Source: Octopus vulgaris
Taxonomy: Eukaryota
Assembly: GCA_951406725.2 (NCBI GenBank)
Contig: OX597815.1
Location: 140,182,001 to 140,246,000, forward strand
Direction: 5' to 3'
DNA length: 64,000 nt
A model generated the notes under the pieces. The model was not told where the DNA came from, ran no database searches, and saw only the letters and a program-made list of their open reading frames with translations. Shown here piece by piece: positions 42,490 to 56,116 of the stretch (position 1 is its first letter; each line of letters opens with the position of its first letter). The position numbers and the translations under genes are program-made.

Positions 42490-45220
42490 TTTTCAAGATT
42501 TAGAAGGGGAAATTTTTTTTTTTAATTGAGGAAGGGGAAAAAGAAATTTACAATGTTTTTTCAAAAAAATAATAATACATATATACAAAAATAAATAAAT
42601 AAGTATACCAATACATTGTAGAGTCTTTATTCTTTTAGAGTTCAATAATAGTCCTTGGAAAAACTTCTTTGGAGGATTAGGATGCATGTGTTTAAATGTA
42701 GTGTATACATTTAAAACAAGAAATGGGGTAGGAGTTATCTAGTTCCTGTGAGTAAGGGGAGACATTTCTGTGAATTTTATGCTCTTTAATTGGAATGATG
42801 GATTTTTTGTCAAATAGGATGCTTATATCAATTTTTTGTCAGATAGGATGCTAGAAAAAGGAGTATGGTCACCGTGGAGTTTGCATATTAAGACGCGTTT
42901 GGAATTTTTCAATAAAAAGATACTCCTTGTTCATTCTTTCTTGTGTAGAGATTCTGTCTTTACATTATTTGAAAGGGAATATGTGAAATTTGGGATTTTA
43001 ATCTCTAGCGCAAGAGCCTATGTGTCTACTGAGTGGAATTTGACGGCATTGTGGGAGATTTATCTATTCTTTATGGACTGCTACTCTTCTGCGTAAAGGA
43101 AGCTCGTTTGTCCAACATACTTGTGTTGGCAACCCGCGCATTTGAGACCGTAGATGAGGTTCCCGGAGGTACAGGAGAAGTTGGTCTTGATTTTAAACTT
43201 TGTTCCTAGCTTGAAAGTAAATTCAGAGACTTCAGGTAGGAAGGGGCAGGTACCACAGTTAGGGCGTGCACATTTTTTGACCGATGGGGGTGGATATGGT
43301 GTGTGAAGTTTGGCATTTGTTAAGAGTTTTTTCAAAGATTTATGTTGCCTTTTGTATTTAAGGATTTTATGTGTATTGATAATATTATTCATTTTTGGGT
43401 CTGTGGACAGTAAGGAAGGGGGGTGTTGTATGATTGTGGTCTATGCTTCGGGGTTTTTGGGGCTGTGGGTGGAAATGTATGGAAGCATTTTGAGGTTGGG
43501 TGTGTTACTGTGTTGGGTGGTTTTCAATGTATTATTGTCTAGTTCTTTGGTACGTTTTATTCCATGGTCTATGAATGTGGAGGGGTATTGGCGTTGTAAT
43601 AGTGTTTTTTTTTGAGGTCTTGAAGGCATATTGCGCGAATTTTTGAATCCGAGACAATGGTGCATACCCTTTTAGCTAAGTTGAAAGGGATATTTATATT
43701 GGTGTATTTTGGGTGGCATGAACTGAAGAGGAGGTATTGTTGTGAGTCTGCAGGTTTGTGGTAGATGTCTGTTGTGATTTGGTTGTTAGGTGTTTTTATA
43801 ATTAGGAGATCAAGGAAAGGCAGATGATGTTTGCTGAATTCCATAGTAAATTGAATGTTGGGATGTATGTTGTTCAGTTAGGTTTTGAATTCCAGAAGTT
43901 TTTCATAAGATTCTTTCCATATGATGAAACAATCATCTAGGTACCTTTTCCAGTTTTCTATTTAGTAGATGTGGAAGGTGTCCAAATTTCTGGCGTGATA
44001 TTTCATAGTGTGATAGTTCGAAGAAACCCATTATGAGGTTCGCAAGGACTGGTGCAGTTTTGGTACCCATCACGATACCACATTTTTGAAGGTAGTGTGT
44101 GTTTTTGAAGAGGAAATAATTGTTTGTCAGAATGAACTTGAGAGATTCCGTAATGAAGGTCTTGTGAATACGGTTAGGAAATGCTTCTGGGTGTTTCTCC
44201 AGCCAGAAATCAATTGCCTCAATACAATATTCATGTGGGATGTTGGTATAGAGGTTGATAACATCAAAGGACACCAAGAATACCTCCTCGTTAGTTGTTT
44301 TCAGGAGGTGCTTAAGCATGTCAAGATCATCTTTAATGAAACTTTTGATGTGACTAAGGAAAGGTTTCAAAAGAATGTTCAGGAAATTGCTCAAGCGGTG
44401 TGTTTCGCAGGAGGTGCCAGCAATGATGGGCCTTAGTTTCAGGTCCTCCGGTGCCTTGATGTTGATGTGGGTGCCAAAGGAGAGTTTGCAGGCTTCGGTA
44501 ATGGATTTGTTTTTATGGACTTTAGGAAGGCCATAAAAGAGGCTGGGCTTGCATTTAAAATTGTTGATATAACCCTTTTCTTTTTCCGTGAGCCCTTGAC
44601 CATGTTGAAGTATGAGGGTGGTGATGTTTTTAAGTGTTTTTTGTTGTTTATAATTGGTAATTATTTCATTGAAAGTATTGTTGTTTAGCAAGGAAAGTAC
44701 TAGATGTTTATAAAAATCTGTGTCCATAAGGACCACAGTACTACCTTTGTCGGCTTCTTTAATCGTAAGGCTTTTGTCTTGTTGTAGGTCCCGTAGGTTT
44801 TTCCATTCATCACTATTAAAGTTGGACTTAACCTTGGTTTTGTATGGAGTAAAGGGGAGACTCTGGATGTGGTTGCAAAAATCGTCCAGTGCTTTATTTC
44901 TTCCTTTTGATGGTCGATAGTTACTTTTGTTTTTGACAATTGAATCATACCGCATTGTTGAGGTCTGTAAAAGATTCTGTTTGACGAAGCTTTCTGAAAA
45001 ATTCTGAAATGTCATCCTTGGGTGTTCTTGGGTGTAGGTGTGAATTTCAAGCCTGTGACTAGGATCTTAATTTTGGTTGGTGTAAGGGTTTTGTTAGAGA
45101 GGTTTATTATTTTCGTTTTCTTATTATGGGTCTGTGTTAGCGGTGGTGCCTGTTTTTTCCCCACTCTGTCTAAAAAATGGTTGTTGAAGTAAGAGGTGTA
45201 GTGATTATTAATGTTATTCA
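42490..45220 (-). mobile_element. Penelope-like element, RT plus Cys linker plus GIY-YIG, disrupted
   Basis: IINLSNKTL..GLKFTP, KEADKGSTVV, FYGLPKVHK, LRPIIAG, SFDVINLYTNIP, GIVMGTKTAP, LPFLDL, CARPNCGTC, NLIYGLKC..C..KYVGQT. Confidence 0.93.
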
Positions 45221-45671
45221 TATATATATATATATATATGAATAAAAGTGTACACATATATGTAGATGTCCACACACAGTTGTATTTGTACACACACATA
45301 TATACATCTATCTATCTATCTATCTATCTATCGGTCTGCGTGTCTATTGACATATGTATATAAACATATATGCTTGTATACAAACATATATCTGTACATG
45401 TATCTTTCTATGCATATCTAATCAATCTAAATGTGAACATTCATACACACACATACACACGTATACACAGAGATACATATACCCATCACACTTAAGCGCA
45501 TGCAGATATACAGACGTATAAATATGCAAATCAATACATAATACATGCTCTTTTACTTTCAAATGCATAAGTGTGTTTAATATTAGCCACTGGCAGTAGA
45601 GTGTGTTAACTTTCTTGTAAGTCCCACAGCCCACTGCAAGTAACAGCCATTCACACATGTTCACACATACA

Positions 45672-45729
<58 letters not shown>

Positions 45730-47163
45730 CATGTACATACATACTTGCACGCACATATACAAACACACACATATACAAACACATACTCATGTTCATTTTA
45801 CACATTTGTTATCAGGAAGTTTTATTTGTTCTAAGAAATAAAAGTCTAGAAGTTTGAAGAGTGTTACAGGCCTTTCAGTTATATCTGTCAGTATGTCAAA
45901 TTAGTTCAACCATGCATCTGCACTACAACCATCACTACTGCAAGTATACCACATACCATCGATATTGCAATATCACCACATACCATCGAAACCACTGTTG
46001 CTAACACTATCACTAACACTACCGCGAGCATCTATGCGAACACTCTCACCATCAAAACCATCGCCAACGCAAGCATCACCAAAATGGTTGCAAACACATG
46101 CGTCATCATCATCACAACCATCAATACCAACAACACCAACCACCAACTTCTAACACCATCACCACACCACTACCACCACCACTTCCAACTTTGCGCCTAC
46201 AACCACTATCACTACCACTATCATTATCACCACCGTCACCACTCTCAACACTGTCATCACCAATATCACCATCATCAAACTTCACTAACACCTCAATCAC
46301 ATGACCACCTCAACAAATACCATATCTCAAAAGAACCTCCACATCGATCACTAACACTACCTACAGAATCAGAACCACACATCCATCCATCCATCCATCC
46401 ATCCATCCATCCATCCATCCATCCATCCATCCATCCATCCATCCATACATGCACATGTACATGCATACATGTATACATAGACACGCACAGAAAAACATAC
46501 ATACACATATATATACATACGCACATGCATACATACACAGACACTACATAAGACATTAGCACAACCACAAACAGCATCTCCAATGCCACTCCTCCTACTA
46601 CCTCCACTTCCAGTACCATCATCACCACAGCCACCACTACCATAATGAATTCCCACGCATCAGCACTATCGCCATCACTACCATTACCACATTGCTGCTG
46701 CCACCATCATCATGACCACCACCGCCGACACCACCACCAGCACCAACGACACCACCACCACCGCCGACGCTACCACCATAGCAGCAGCAGTCTCCGATAC
46801 GTAGGTGCTCTGAAATCGAGTGAAAGATATCCATGTTGGAAGCTAGTTTCCTAGGTTGCTCACTGACGCGTGACTACCACAGCAAAAATGGAATTTCCTA
46901 AATTATCTAGCCATGCGTGACATTACTGCAAAATTGGAAGAATATGAATGTGGTAGCAATATAAACAGTACAAGATTGAAGGTGTGCGTGACAGTGGGGA
47001 GGAACATTCTTTAACTGGAACGGAAGAACATCTTGCATTGTATAAATAATACACTCTTAAATTATATTCTATGCACTGGTATACCCATAGGCATACACAG
47101 AGACAGACTCATACTAGAAAGTTAGAGACATATCGATCTACATAATGCATACATACAGTTTCA

Positions 47164-47351
47164 GACTATTGAAAAGGTTGCAAGACGTAACGAAAATTTT
47201 AGGAAAGTAAAAATAAGAAATAAGTGGAAATTTTACCGGTGAGTGTGTCACATTATTAGGCACAAAAAGAAAATGACTCTCCCCAGACACAACAGAATAT
47301 GCTTCAACACACGAACTCACATAAAGAATCTTGCAAACCAAATCCCAAAAC

Positions 47352-47356
<5 letters not shown>
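47164..47356 (+). repeat. Short PLE-terminus-like repeat with U3:A8 hammerhead (47166-47202)
   Basis: cta-TTGAAAA-g gttgc-aagac-gtaac-GAAA-ATTT-tag; body matches 42184-42464. Confidence 0.6.
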
Positions 47357-47414
<58 letters not shown>

Positions 47415-47469
47415 GTGTACATGTTTTTAAAGTATGTAGGTGTATGTGTGTGTGTAAATAATAGATACT

Positions 47470-48500
47470 TAAGCACGTGACTTAATAGATATAACTGCTG
47501 TGTTTTGTGTTTGTGTAAGTATGTATGTATGTTGTTTCCTTGAGTTTTTATTTAAGTGCTTTAGATAGTTCAATCCGGTCGTTAACAAAACAAGACTTTT
47601 TGAGTTAAGAGATTTCCTGGTGTTTGTAAATATGTAGTTGAGCTGGTGTATTGGTTGAGTGTCTGCATCCAAGTGTCTGCATCTATTCATCTAAATAATC
47701 TCAAGTGGAGAATCTTTGGAATTTCTTTGAGATGTCTTACAATCTTTGAATCGACTTAAAAAATCTTTGAAATGTCTTACAAATTTCCACTGTCGCCAGT
47801 AAATTGGATTTGGAGAATACGGCTCAATTACTTTTGCTCTTTCTTCGAAAAACCTAATATGTCTAGGCTTTTGTGTCAGTTTGTAGATACGTAGCCTAAT
47901 GTACCTATGAGGATAGGTACATATGAGAATTGAGTCAGAGTACAAGAGCTGTAAGTTCTGCATTAGTTTGCTCTTTTTCCTGAATATTTCATTGTACATT
48001 CACATCCATTGGGCAGCTGATCTCTACAACAGTGCGTGACTTTTGTTCTCTGTCCTACAAAACGATATCAGATCTGTTATGTTTGCACCGAATTGTTTTT
48101 ATTGGAGCGTTCCACCAAAATTCCTTGTTTTTAAAGATGAGTGTACTTACTGGCTTCGACATGCATTTGAGGTGCATGTAAGGGCAATCTTCCCTGTGGA
48201 TAGCGTTGCAGTCTTCACAATTTGATTAAGCCTGAGGGCCGGTAGTATCACGTAGTAATTCTACTGTTGCGGGTTATGTCTTCCACATTGGTATAGCAGA
48301 GCCGACATTTGTCCCTTTTGTTTATCAGGAATTTAGTTGCTATCTCCTTTCCCTGGATGGCGATGGCATATCCTTTTAGATCGCAGGTCTAGGTGAGACC
48401 ACTCTTTCTGTCAATGCTGTTGTTATCTTCTAGCTTACAAGATATATACTCATGCGTTACTTTTTACTGGTATGATCCCTACTTCTCCTCCAAGATTCTG
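47470..48500 (-). mobile_element. Degraded R4/Dong-like RLE non-LTR 3' region
   Basis: Reverse-strand remnant FSYVPILIGTLGY typical of the RLE C-terminus; many stops. Confidence 0.45.
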
Positions 48501-48691
48501 TTTACGTAAGCCAATATATATGTATATATGTATGAATTACGTAGGTTTCTCTCTCTCCCTCTGTATATACATACACACACGTATATATGTATGTATGTTT
48601 ATATGTGTGTATGTGTGTGTTTGTTAAATAAAATGAGACAACAAAGGTAAGGGTGTGAGGAATTAACAGGACATTTATAAAGAGAAAGTTA

Positions 48692-48741
48692 GTATTACAC
48701 TTGTTTCTGGGATATTAGAGATATCCCTTCATTAGAGATAC
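48692..48741 (-). ncRNA. Degenerate hammerhead (CTAATGA core, G5 mutated)
   Basis: CTAATGA a gggatat..atatccc a GAAAC aagt GTA; strong stem II, probably inactive. Confidence 0.45.
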
Positions 48742-48863
48742 TCATACAATACCTGCATTAGACTCTTCACTCGTATCATTATCGAACCGAGAGTTTAACT
48801 GCGGTCCTTCCATACCACTTACTTACTCTTACCTGCCACCTTGGATCTTCTGGATATCATTAC

Positions 48864-48894
<31 letters not shown>

Positions 48895-49259
48895 GCAGTC
48901 TGACTCGGCTCTGCCTTCAAATTTCGTTGAACATGTAGGAAACGTTAACAAAACTTCGAGTCATGCAAAGCTGAGTCACTGTTAAAAATGCATATTCAGC
49001 GTCATGTGTTGAGTGCTAATTTCAGTGCTGATGTCTATCGTTCGTTCACTCACTCGTATGCATGCATGCATGCATGTATGTATGTATGTATGTATGTATG
49101 TATGTATGTATGTATGTATGTATGTATTATGCATGTTCTATTGATTTAAATTCACAACAAATTTTGACCGGCTTCTTGCTTGGTTACAAGGTTGTGAAGG
49201 GCAGAATCTTGTTTTGTTCATCATCCTTTCAATCTTATATGAAGGTCTTGCAGATTTTT

Positions 49260-49850
49260 ACTGTCCTAGATATCGTAACCATTTGTTGTGTATAAATTAA
49301 GGATTTTCATTCCCTCCACAAGAACACAACTTTAGCCATACTTTGCTCAAGACGGGTTGGTATGTATCCTGTTGCTCCAATCATAATAAGTATGAAACTG
49401 AAATTCGGTCCTGTATTTGAAAACTCCTTATCAATTGTCCATAGATGTCCTCTTTCAATTGTATTTTTCGAGCCACATTGCACTCCAGAGGGCAGCTGAT
49501 TTTCACGATAGAAAATATCCTTTTCTTGTGGTCCAACGCAACAATATCTTGCTGGTTGTGTTTTAACTTGGTGCCTGTTTTAATCTTTTTAAGTTTCACT
49601 AATATTATTTTGACCCGTCAGTTTCAACGTAGTCAACTTCATCTGTAGGTGTTGTCTATTTTGTTATTCTATTCCGGACTGTTTTGGTCATCGCATTATT
49701 CCTCATGGAAAGATATTTTGAAGCCATTCTCTCACAGTTGGCAATAGCGTGGTTGATGTCTTCAGTCTTGGTCTCGCACATCTTACATTTGTTCTCTTTC
49801 AATGTTTTCTACTTTTTATGTTCTAGGTACTCGGTGGAGATCTCTTGTAC
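49260..49850 (-). mobile_element. Degraded R4/Dong-like RLE non-LTR 3' region
   Basis: CKMC..EDINH (CCHC remnant), HNQQDIV..IVKISCP, IMIGATGYIP. Confidence 0.55.
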
Positions 49851-50744
49851 TTAAATTGCACGAAAGTATGTATGTATACACGTGTGTGTGGATGTAAGTA
49901 TGTTGTCACTGCATGCAGATACGCACTCATTTATGAACACCCTCACCTCACACATACATGCCTACACGCGCGTATATATGTATTTGTGCGTTTATGTATT
50001 TGGGTATGTATGCAGCCGACACATATCCATATCATACTTGTGCCTTTGTTTATACCTAAAAATACACTGGAATATACATTATCCCAATTTCCATGATACA
50101 TACAGCAAGATATCTACATGTGCTATCAAAAGTTTACATTTACAAGGAAATGGATTTTCAGCGATTTCAGCGATGAATAATGTAGATATTTGATGAACTG
50201 ATGTACGTCCTTACTGAGTTATTATGCATCTTAGTATGCCACACATTTGCGGGCCTTAATGCGTGTGAGTATTTAAATATTTGTGTGTGCGTGCGCATGC
50301 GCGTTTGTATGTATGTGTGTATGTATATGAAGTATATATAAAAATATACAAACATGGAGAAACGCACCCGACAATCTCTGATGGACTAAGTTCCTAAACC
50401 GGTCCTTGAAAGCTTGACTCGCTGGGAAAGATGCATTCAGCTTCCAGTATCCTATCTAGATCGACTGTACAAAGCTCAAATTTGTGGTCTGTATAGCGGA
50501 AAACTTTGAATTGCGGACACCTTATGTTACATCTATCTACAGGCCTACAAATTACTCTATCTAGATACGAACTGGAGGACACGATGCTGTCTGCCCATGT
50601 CCACATCGGTGCGTTCACAAAATCCAGTCAGTACCTACCAGCCAGTTAGAAGCGGTTGAAGAGGTTTGTGAGGCTTTCACACCCGTTCTCCTATCGTCTA
50701 GCCCCACCCTATCCCGGCGTGCGTCGAAGATGGCGTTCTAATTT

Positions 50745-50903
50745 TTACATCGATCTCAGTGTTCAAATGGTACTTATTTTGTCACCCCACAAAGGATTTA
50801 AGGCAAAGTCGAGCCCGGAGGCATTTGAACCTAGAACGCAAAGACGGACGAAATGTCGATATGCATTTTGCCTGGCGTGCTAGCGATTCTGCAAACCGCC
50901 GCC
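50745..50903 (-). mobile_element. SINE family A copy followed by (GAT/AAT)n
   Basis: aggcaaagtcga...ggcgtgctagcgattctgc. Confidence 0.65.
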
Positions 50904-50957
50904 TTAATAATGATGATGATATTGATAATATTAATATTGATGATGATGATGATGATG

Positions 50958-50993
<36 letters not shown>

Positions 50994-52075
50994 TCGTGTA
51001 GCCTAATTTTGTTTCACTCCATTGGTTTTCAATTAATTCCATAATATCTACTTGTTTGATGTCGTTTCTTTTTTTTTGTTTTGAATTTCTTTTAACCGAA
51101 AATATTTTATCTAATTCCCCACCCACATTTTCATTTCAAACGTATTATTGTTTTAATCAGAAGTTTTTTTTTCTATTCAGTGAACCATATGAACGAAGAT
51201 GAAATGGAAACTACATCCAAAAAGGAAATTCCACATATTGATGGTTTAAGTACTGGATTAAAATCTTCTTCAACAGACAGGAGAGTAGGAGAGAGGAAGG
51301 AGAAAGCGAGAGCGAACGAAAAAGAGAGGGGAGAAAAGGAGAAAGAAAGAGAGAAGAGGGAAGATTATTGAACTTTTCCTGAAAGTATTGTAAAAAATGT
51401 CTTATTTAATGCTAGTATGACTGACAGCACAAAAGAGTTTTTGATTATATTTTCTATGATTAACTAAATTCTTTAAAATCTATTAACATTCGAAGTAATT
51501 TTTTTGCCTCCATTGTTTATAATCGTCATTCTTTTTAAGTACGTATTATACTTAATCACTTATAATTAGCTTAAATTTTTAAAAATTATCTACAATAATC
51601 TTCTGTGGTGGAGGGGCGGTTTATTTTCTTTATATCTGAAAAACTCAAGGAATATCTCTTACTCTCAAGATACATTCATATAGCGTAAGATACTTGCGTT
51701 TAAGAACGCAAACATTCTTACTTTATTCACAGTAACAATGAATGCAATATTCTCCTCGGTTCCGAAGTATTAGTAACATTCATTACAGCTTATAGCGGGA
51801 TGGGTAGGCCACTGGCATCCGTATTTCCGACCTGGTTGTCAATTTTCCCCCGTTCGACTACCAAATATGAACATGTACCCTGACCAAACACCGTTTCTAT
51901 GCCCTACGAGAATATCAAAATGTGCTATTTGGTTGGTTCAGTACTACAAAAGTAACTTCTTATTTCGTTTTTGATCCAACTTAAGAGTAAGAACGAGGTT
52001 TTGCGAGATAACTATCTATATTATATGTGCAGTAATTCTGACCATTGCAGTAAAAATTTTATAACTGTATCGGCA

Positions 52076-52349
52076 CAGTCCCAGGTAAGGGAAGAATACT
52101 ACTGCTATTTAGCCCCAAGATACACCGTTTCTAGTTGGCTATGTGATACGAGCGTTCTGTGTCCTTAAGTTTTCAAGCAGATGAGATAAGCACCTCCACC
52201 CAGCAAAGCAGGCCACCAGAGACTAGTTTCAGAGTCATTACTCTTCATCAGTCTGGAGTAGCTTAGTTTGCTACATGTCGCTGCTAGCAACTAGAAACGA
52301 TGTTTCCTGGGGCTAAATAGCAGTAGCATTCTTCCCTTTAATGGGACTG
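52076..52349. mobile_element. Short element with ~62-bp inverted arms (52076-52137 / 52288-52349) enclosing a hammerhead
   Basis: cagtccca..agggaagaat.ctactgctatttagcccca matches the reverse complement of the right arm. Confidence 0.7.
52216..52256 (-). ncRNA. Canonical minimal type I hammerhead ribozyme
   Basis: ccaga-CTGATGA-agag taatga ctct-GAAAC-ta-GTC-tctgg; perfect stems I and II, palindromic ACTAGT stem III. Confidence 0.85.
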
Positions 52350-52416
52350 CCACATTAAGTTGGCAACAAACCATCACTTTATCGTGCTGCTACTGTATAA
52401 GTCTCTCTGAGACTTA

Positions 52417-53002
52417 TCTCTTATTATAAAAGGCAGATTTTATCTGCCTCCCTTTGTCTCTTATAGAAATCTACAATATAGGATTTCTTCAATTACAATT
52501 TACCTAGCATTTTTAAGAGTAGAATAAATCGGGTCGTGCCAGGTCTGGTTTTTAAAATTTCAACCCCAATTAAGCAAAATTTAGAGAAAACTCACATTGT
52601 GGTGTGTAAGTCAAGTGCTTTTCTTAGTGTGGGCTACAGCACACGCACACACACACAAAAACGGAGCGATCTGCTTCACTCACGCTATCACCCTAATTTC
52701 TACTCCTTTCTCTTTGCAAGTGTGCAACGATTAAAGTGAAACTATTTCTATAAAACGAGAGAAGTGTACCTTAAACCACTACTAAAAAAAAAAACACAGC
52801 AAACAGAAACAAATAAATACATAACGATTTACTCCTCACACAATTTCTTCAATTAGAGTTTACCTATGATTTTTCAAAGTACTTCCATTCGGTCATGGCA
52901 TACAAAATTTCTTTCAATTTCACCCCCAATTAAGACAAAATTCGAGAAAACTCAATATTTTAACATTTCACTCCGAAAGCATTGATGTACATGTGTGCGT
53001 GC

Positions 53003-53041
<39 letters not shown>

Positions 53042-53460
53042 ATGGGTGTGCGACACAGAAAGTGTGGTGTGTAAGTGAAGTGCTTTTGTTAGTGTGTGTA
53101 AAGAGACAGAGAGAGTACACATACCTACGTACACCTAAAGCACGCACACACACACACACAAGCGGAGCGCGAACTTCAAAAGAAATTCGCGCGCTATCTA
53201 TCTGGTTTGCCATTCCTCACACACACGCATACACATACATATATGACAGTGACAAACACAAACGTTTCAAACAACTACATACAAACACGTGTGTGTTTGT
53301 TATTAGTAAAAAAGGCGCCAAACACAACTCACTTCTCATTCGAACACATTTGCAAAAACACACCGACGGTCGGATTGCCATAACAATACAGTAAAGGTAA
53401 ATTGGTTTTTAATTTACTTATTTTGGTAGTATTAATTGGCGAGCCGAGCTTCTTTCAGTA
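52417..53460 (+). mobile_element. Probable non-autonomous Helitron (3' end uncertain) with internal duplication
   Basis: A|TCTCTTATTATAAAA 5' end; 52485-52600 is repeated at 52845-52955. Confidence 0.45.
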
Positions 53461-53732
53461 TATATTTATACATACATAAATATATACACATATTCTGTAT
53501 ATATTTTATTATATAATATTATATATAGATATATGTATATATAATTGCAGTATGAAACAGTGTTTATGTATAAACAGACGACACTTATATATAGTTATTA
53601 ATAAATGTATGCATCCGTTTAAAAGAAAAACCAAAAAATATTTTATTCTTTATAAATGTTGTGTTCAAAATAACATGTTGTGTTCAAAATAACATATACA
53701 CAAAGTATGTGTATATAACTACATGGCTTATA

Positions 53733-54130
53733 TCTTTATATATAAAAGTGAAGTTGTGTGTCTGTCTCCTACGATTTAGATTCGTAACTACTCCCACATT
53801 TTGCGGTGCAGTTTAACCAAAAGCGGGTATCTTATAGTCGTGATTCATATCGAGCCCTTCTGGGTATTAGCGCGCGTCTACGATGAGTCTACGATTTAAA
53901 AAAAAATTTACCATCATATTTTTCCATTTTAATGCATTTTTTCGCTATTATATACGGGAAGTAACTCTCTAAAAATATCTACGATGTGTCAACGATTTAA
54001 AAAAAAAATTACCTTAATTTTTTTTCCATTTTTAATGCATTTTTTGGCTATTTTTTGGCTATAACTCTCTAAAAATGCTTATATAGTTATTTCCCTTACA
54101 AACCCGAGCAACGCCGGGCGATACTGCTAG
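53733..54130 (+). mobile_element. Non-autonomous Helitron
   Basis: A|TCTTTATATATAAAAG...tgtgtgtctgtc; hairpin cccgagcaacgccggg; CTAG|T. Confidence 0.88.
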
Positions 54131-54161
<31 letters not shown>

Positions 54162-54190
54162 AGAAATGCAATATTTCTAATTTCGTATGC

Positions 54191-54240
<50 letters not shown>

Positions 54241-54241
<1 letters not shown>

Positions 54242-54395
54242 CGACGGGCTTCTTTCAGTTTCCGTCTACTAAATCCATTCACAAGGCTTTGGTCGGTATG
54301 AGGCTATAGCAGAACATACTTGTCCAAGCTGCCACGCAATGGGCCTGAACCTGTGGTTGGTAAGCCAGCTACTTACCACACAGCCACTCCTACGC

Positions 54396-54397
<2 letters not shown>
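54241..54397 (-). mobile_element. SINE family B 5' half
   Basis: acgggcttctttcagtttccgtctac...cacagccactcctacgcct. Confidence 0.8.
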
Positions 54398-54461
<64 letters not shown>

Positions 54462-54545
54462 ATATCATGAGCCGCCAAGATAGCTCGTTAGCCACTGCAC
54501 ACACTTTTTTCTCTCCTTGTTTCTCTCCTTGTTTTTTCTGTGTTC

Positions 54546-54581
54546 CTTTCTGTAGAAGAACGTATGCTCGAAACGTAAAAG
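54546..54581 (+). ncRNA. Variant minimal hammerhead (CTGTAGA core)
   Basis: cttt-CTGTAGA-a gaac gtat gctc-GAAAC-GTA-aaag; same layout as 28318-28352. Confidence 0.45.
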
Positions 54582-54672
54582 ACTTTTTCTATTCCTGAGC
54601 GCTATACTAATACATCTGTTTGTTTTGTGCACCACCTGTCTTCGTCTTTTGTTTTTTTTTTCGTAAACTCTC

Positions 54673-54706
<34 letters not shown>

Positions 54707-54989
54707 GTCTTCTTAGAAATACCATTTTTTCTGGTGAGTCGAAAGACAAAACTGTTGTTAGATTCTTTGGAATAATTATTCGTTAACTTAGGCATACTTA
54801 TCTCTTACTCTACTTCCATTATTGAATAATTTTTGACCATTGTTGTCAGTTTACGCTTTGTAGAATTATCACCTTGATCACCTTGACTGACCAGTCCGTC
54901 GGGCGTCCATTTGACACCGCTGGTCACAGCACACTGTCCACTCCTCTCTGGATCGCGCCTTTCTCATCGCCTTTCTGAAATCGTAACTC

Positions 54990-55240
54990 CACCGTGAAAC
55001 ATGGGCTTCATCAAAGAGAGAACAGAGATCGGTAACGGCTCAAAGAGCCATGGAGAGGTCAATGCTTGAAATCTCGTTGAGAGAGCACATCAGTAGCGAG
55101 GTCATCAGAGAGAAGTCCGGCATGAGGGATGTCATACACGCAACAAGGTTAGATGGGCTGGACACGTCACCCGGCTCACCGATAATCGGTGGACCTGCGC
55201 AGTTGTCAAGTGGTACCCGCGCGAGCAGAAACGACCACTC
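54990..55240 (+). mobile_element. RTE-type LINE C-terminal fragment
   Basis: ETWA...AQRAMERSMLEISLREHI..IREKSG..DV and RWAGHV.R..DNRWT. Confidence 0.75.
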
Positions 55241-55784
55241 GTACAATTATACATTCACACATATAACGACATTTATTATCTTAGTAGATTAGAACCTGTA
55301 TCACGATCAACCTCACAGTTGTAGCATTCTTTTCCCCTTCTACATCACTTCATCATCATCATCATCATCATCATCATAATCATCATCATTAGCAGTAGCA
55401 GCAATAGCAGAACCACCACCACCACCGCGACCACCACCAACGCCACCACCACCATAATTTTTACTTGGGCTTCAGTTATAAATCGTAAAGTGATTTTTAA
55501 TACTGCCTTTTTTTCATAATTCAATTAATTACATATAGATTAGGAATTTCTATAATTAAAAACGTACAATTATAATCTTTGTAAGTAGACAATCAGCCAC
55601 GTCCTCTAGCGGTAATCTGTCATGTTAGATACTTCTGGCAAGAACAACCAACGTCACATTTCAGCAACTTCCAATTAAAACCTTATCCACAGAAATCATT
55701 CAGTCATTATAGATATTTCACTTCTAATGCTAATCTGCCTTATTGTTTATCAGTACTCACCTATATACATCAATATTGGTGGTG

Positions 55785-56075
55785 GGGGCATGGCCTATTG
55801 GTTAGAGTGTTGGACTCACGATTACGAGATGATACTTTCGATTCCTAGACCGAATGGTGCGTTCTGTTCTTGAGCAAAATACTTTGTTTCGCGTTGCTGT
55901 GTGATCACTTTGGCATTTGATGCGTGGTACACCGTGCACCTGTCCAGACAACGTCGATTTGATGGAGAGAGTGAGGTAGTGTACGGCACGAACATATGAT
56001 CACTATAAACAAATCATTTGTGCAGGCTGTTTGTCAAAAGCTGAACGCTCACACGTCGTCTTCGACAGGAGAGTC
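55785..56075 (+). mobile_element. tRNA-derived SINE (family C-like)
   Basis: ggcatggcctattggttagagtgttggactc...ttcgattcc. Confidence 0.65.
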
Positions 56076-56081
56076 CATGAT

Positions 56082-56114
<33 letters not shown>

Positions 56115-56116
<2 letters not shown>

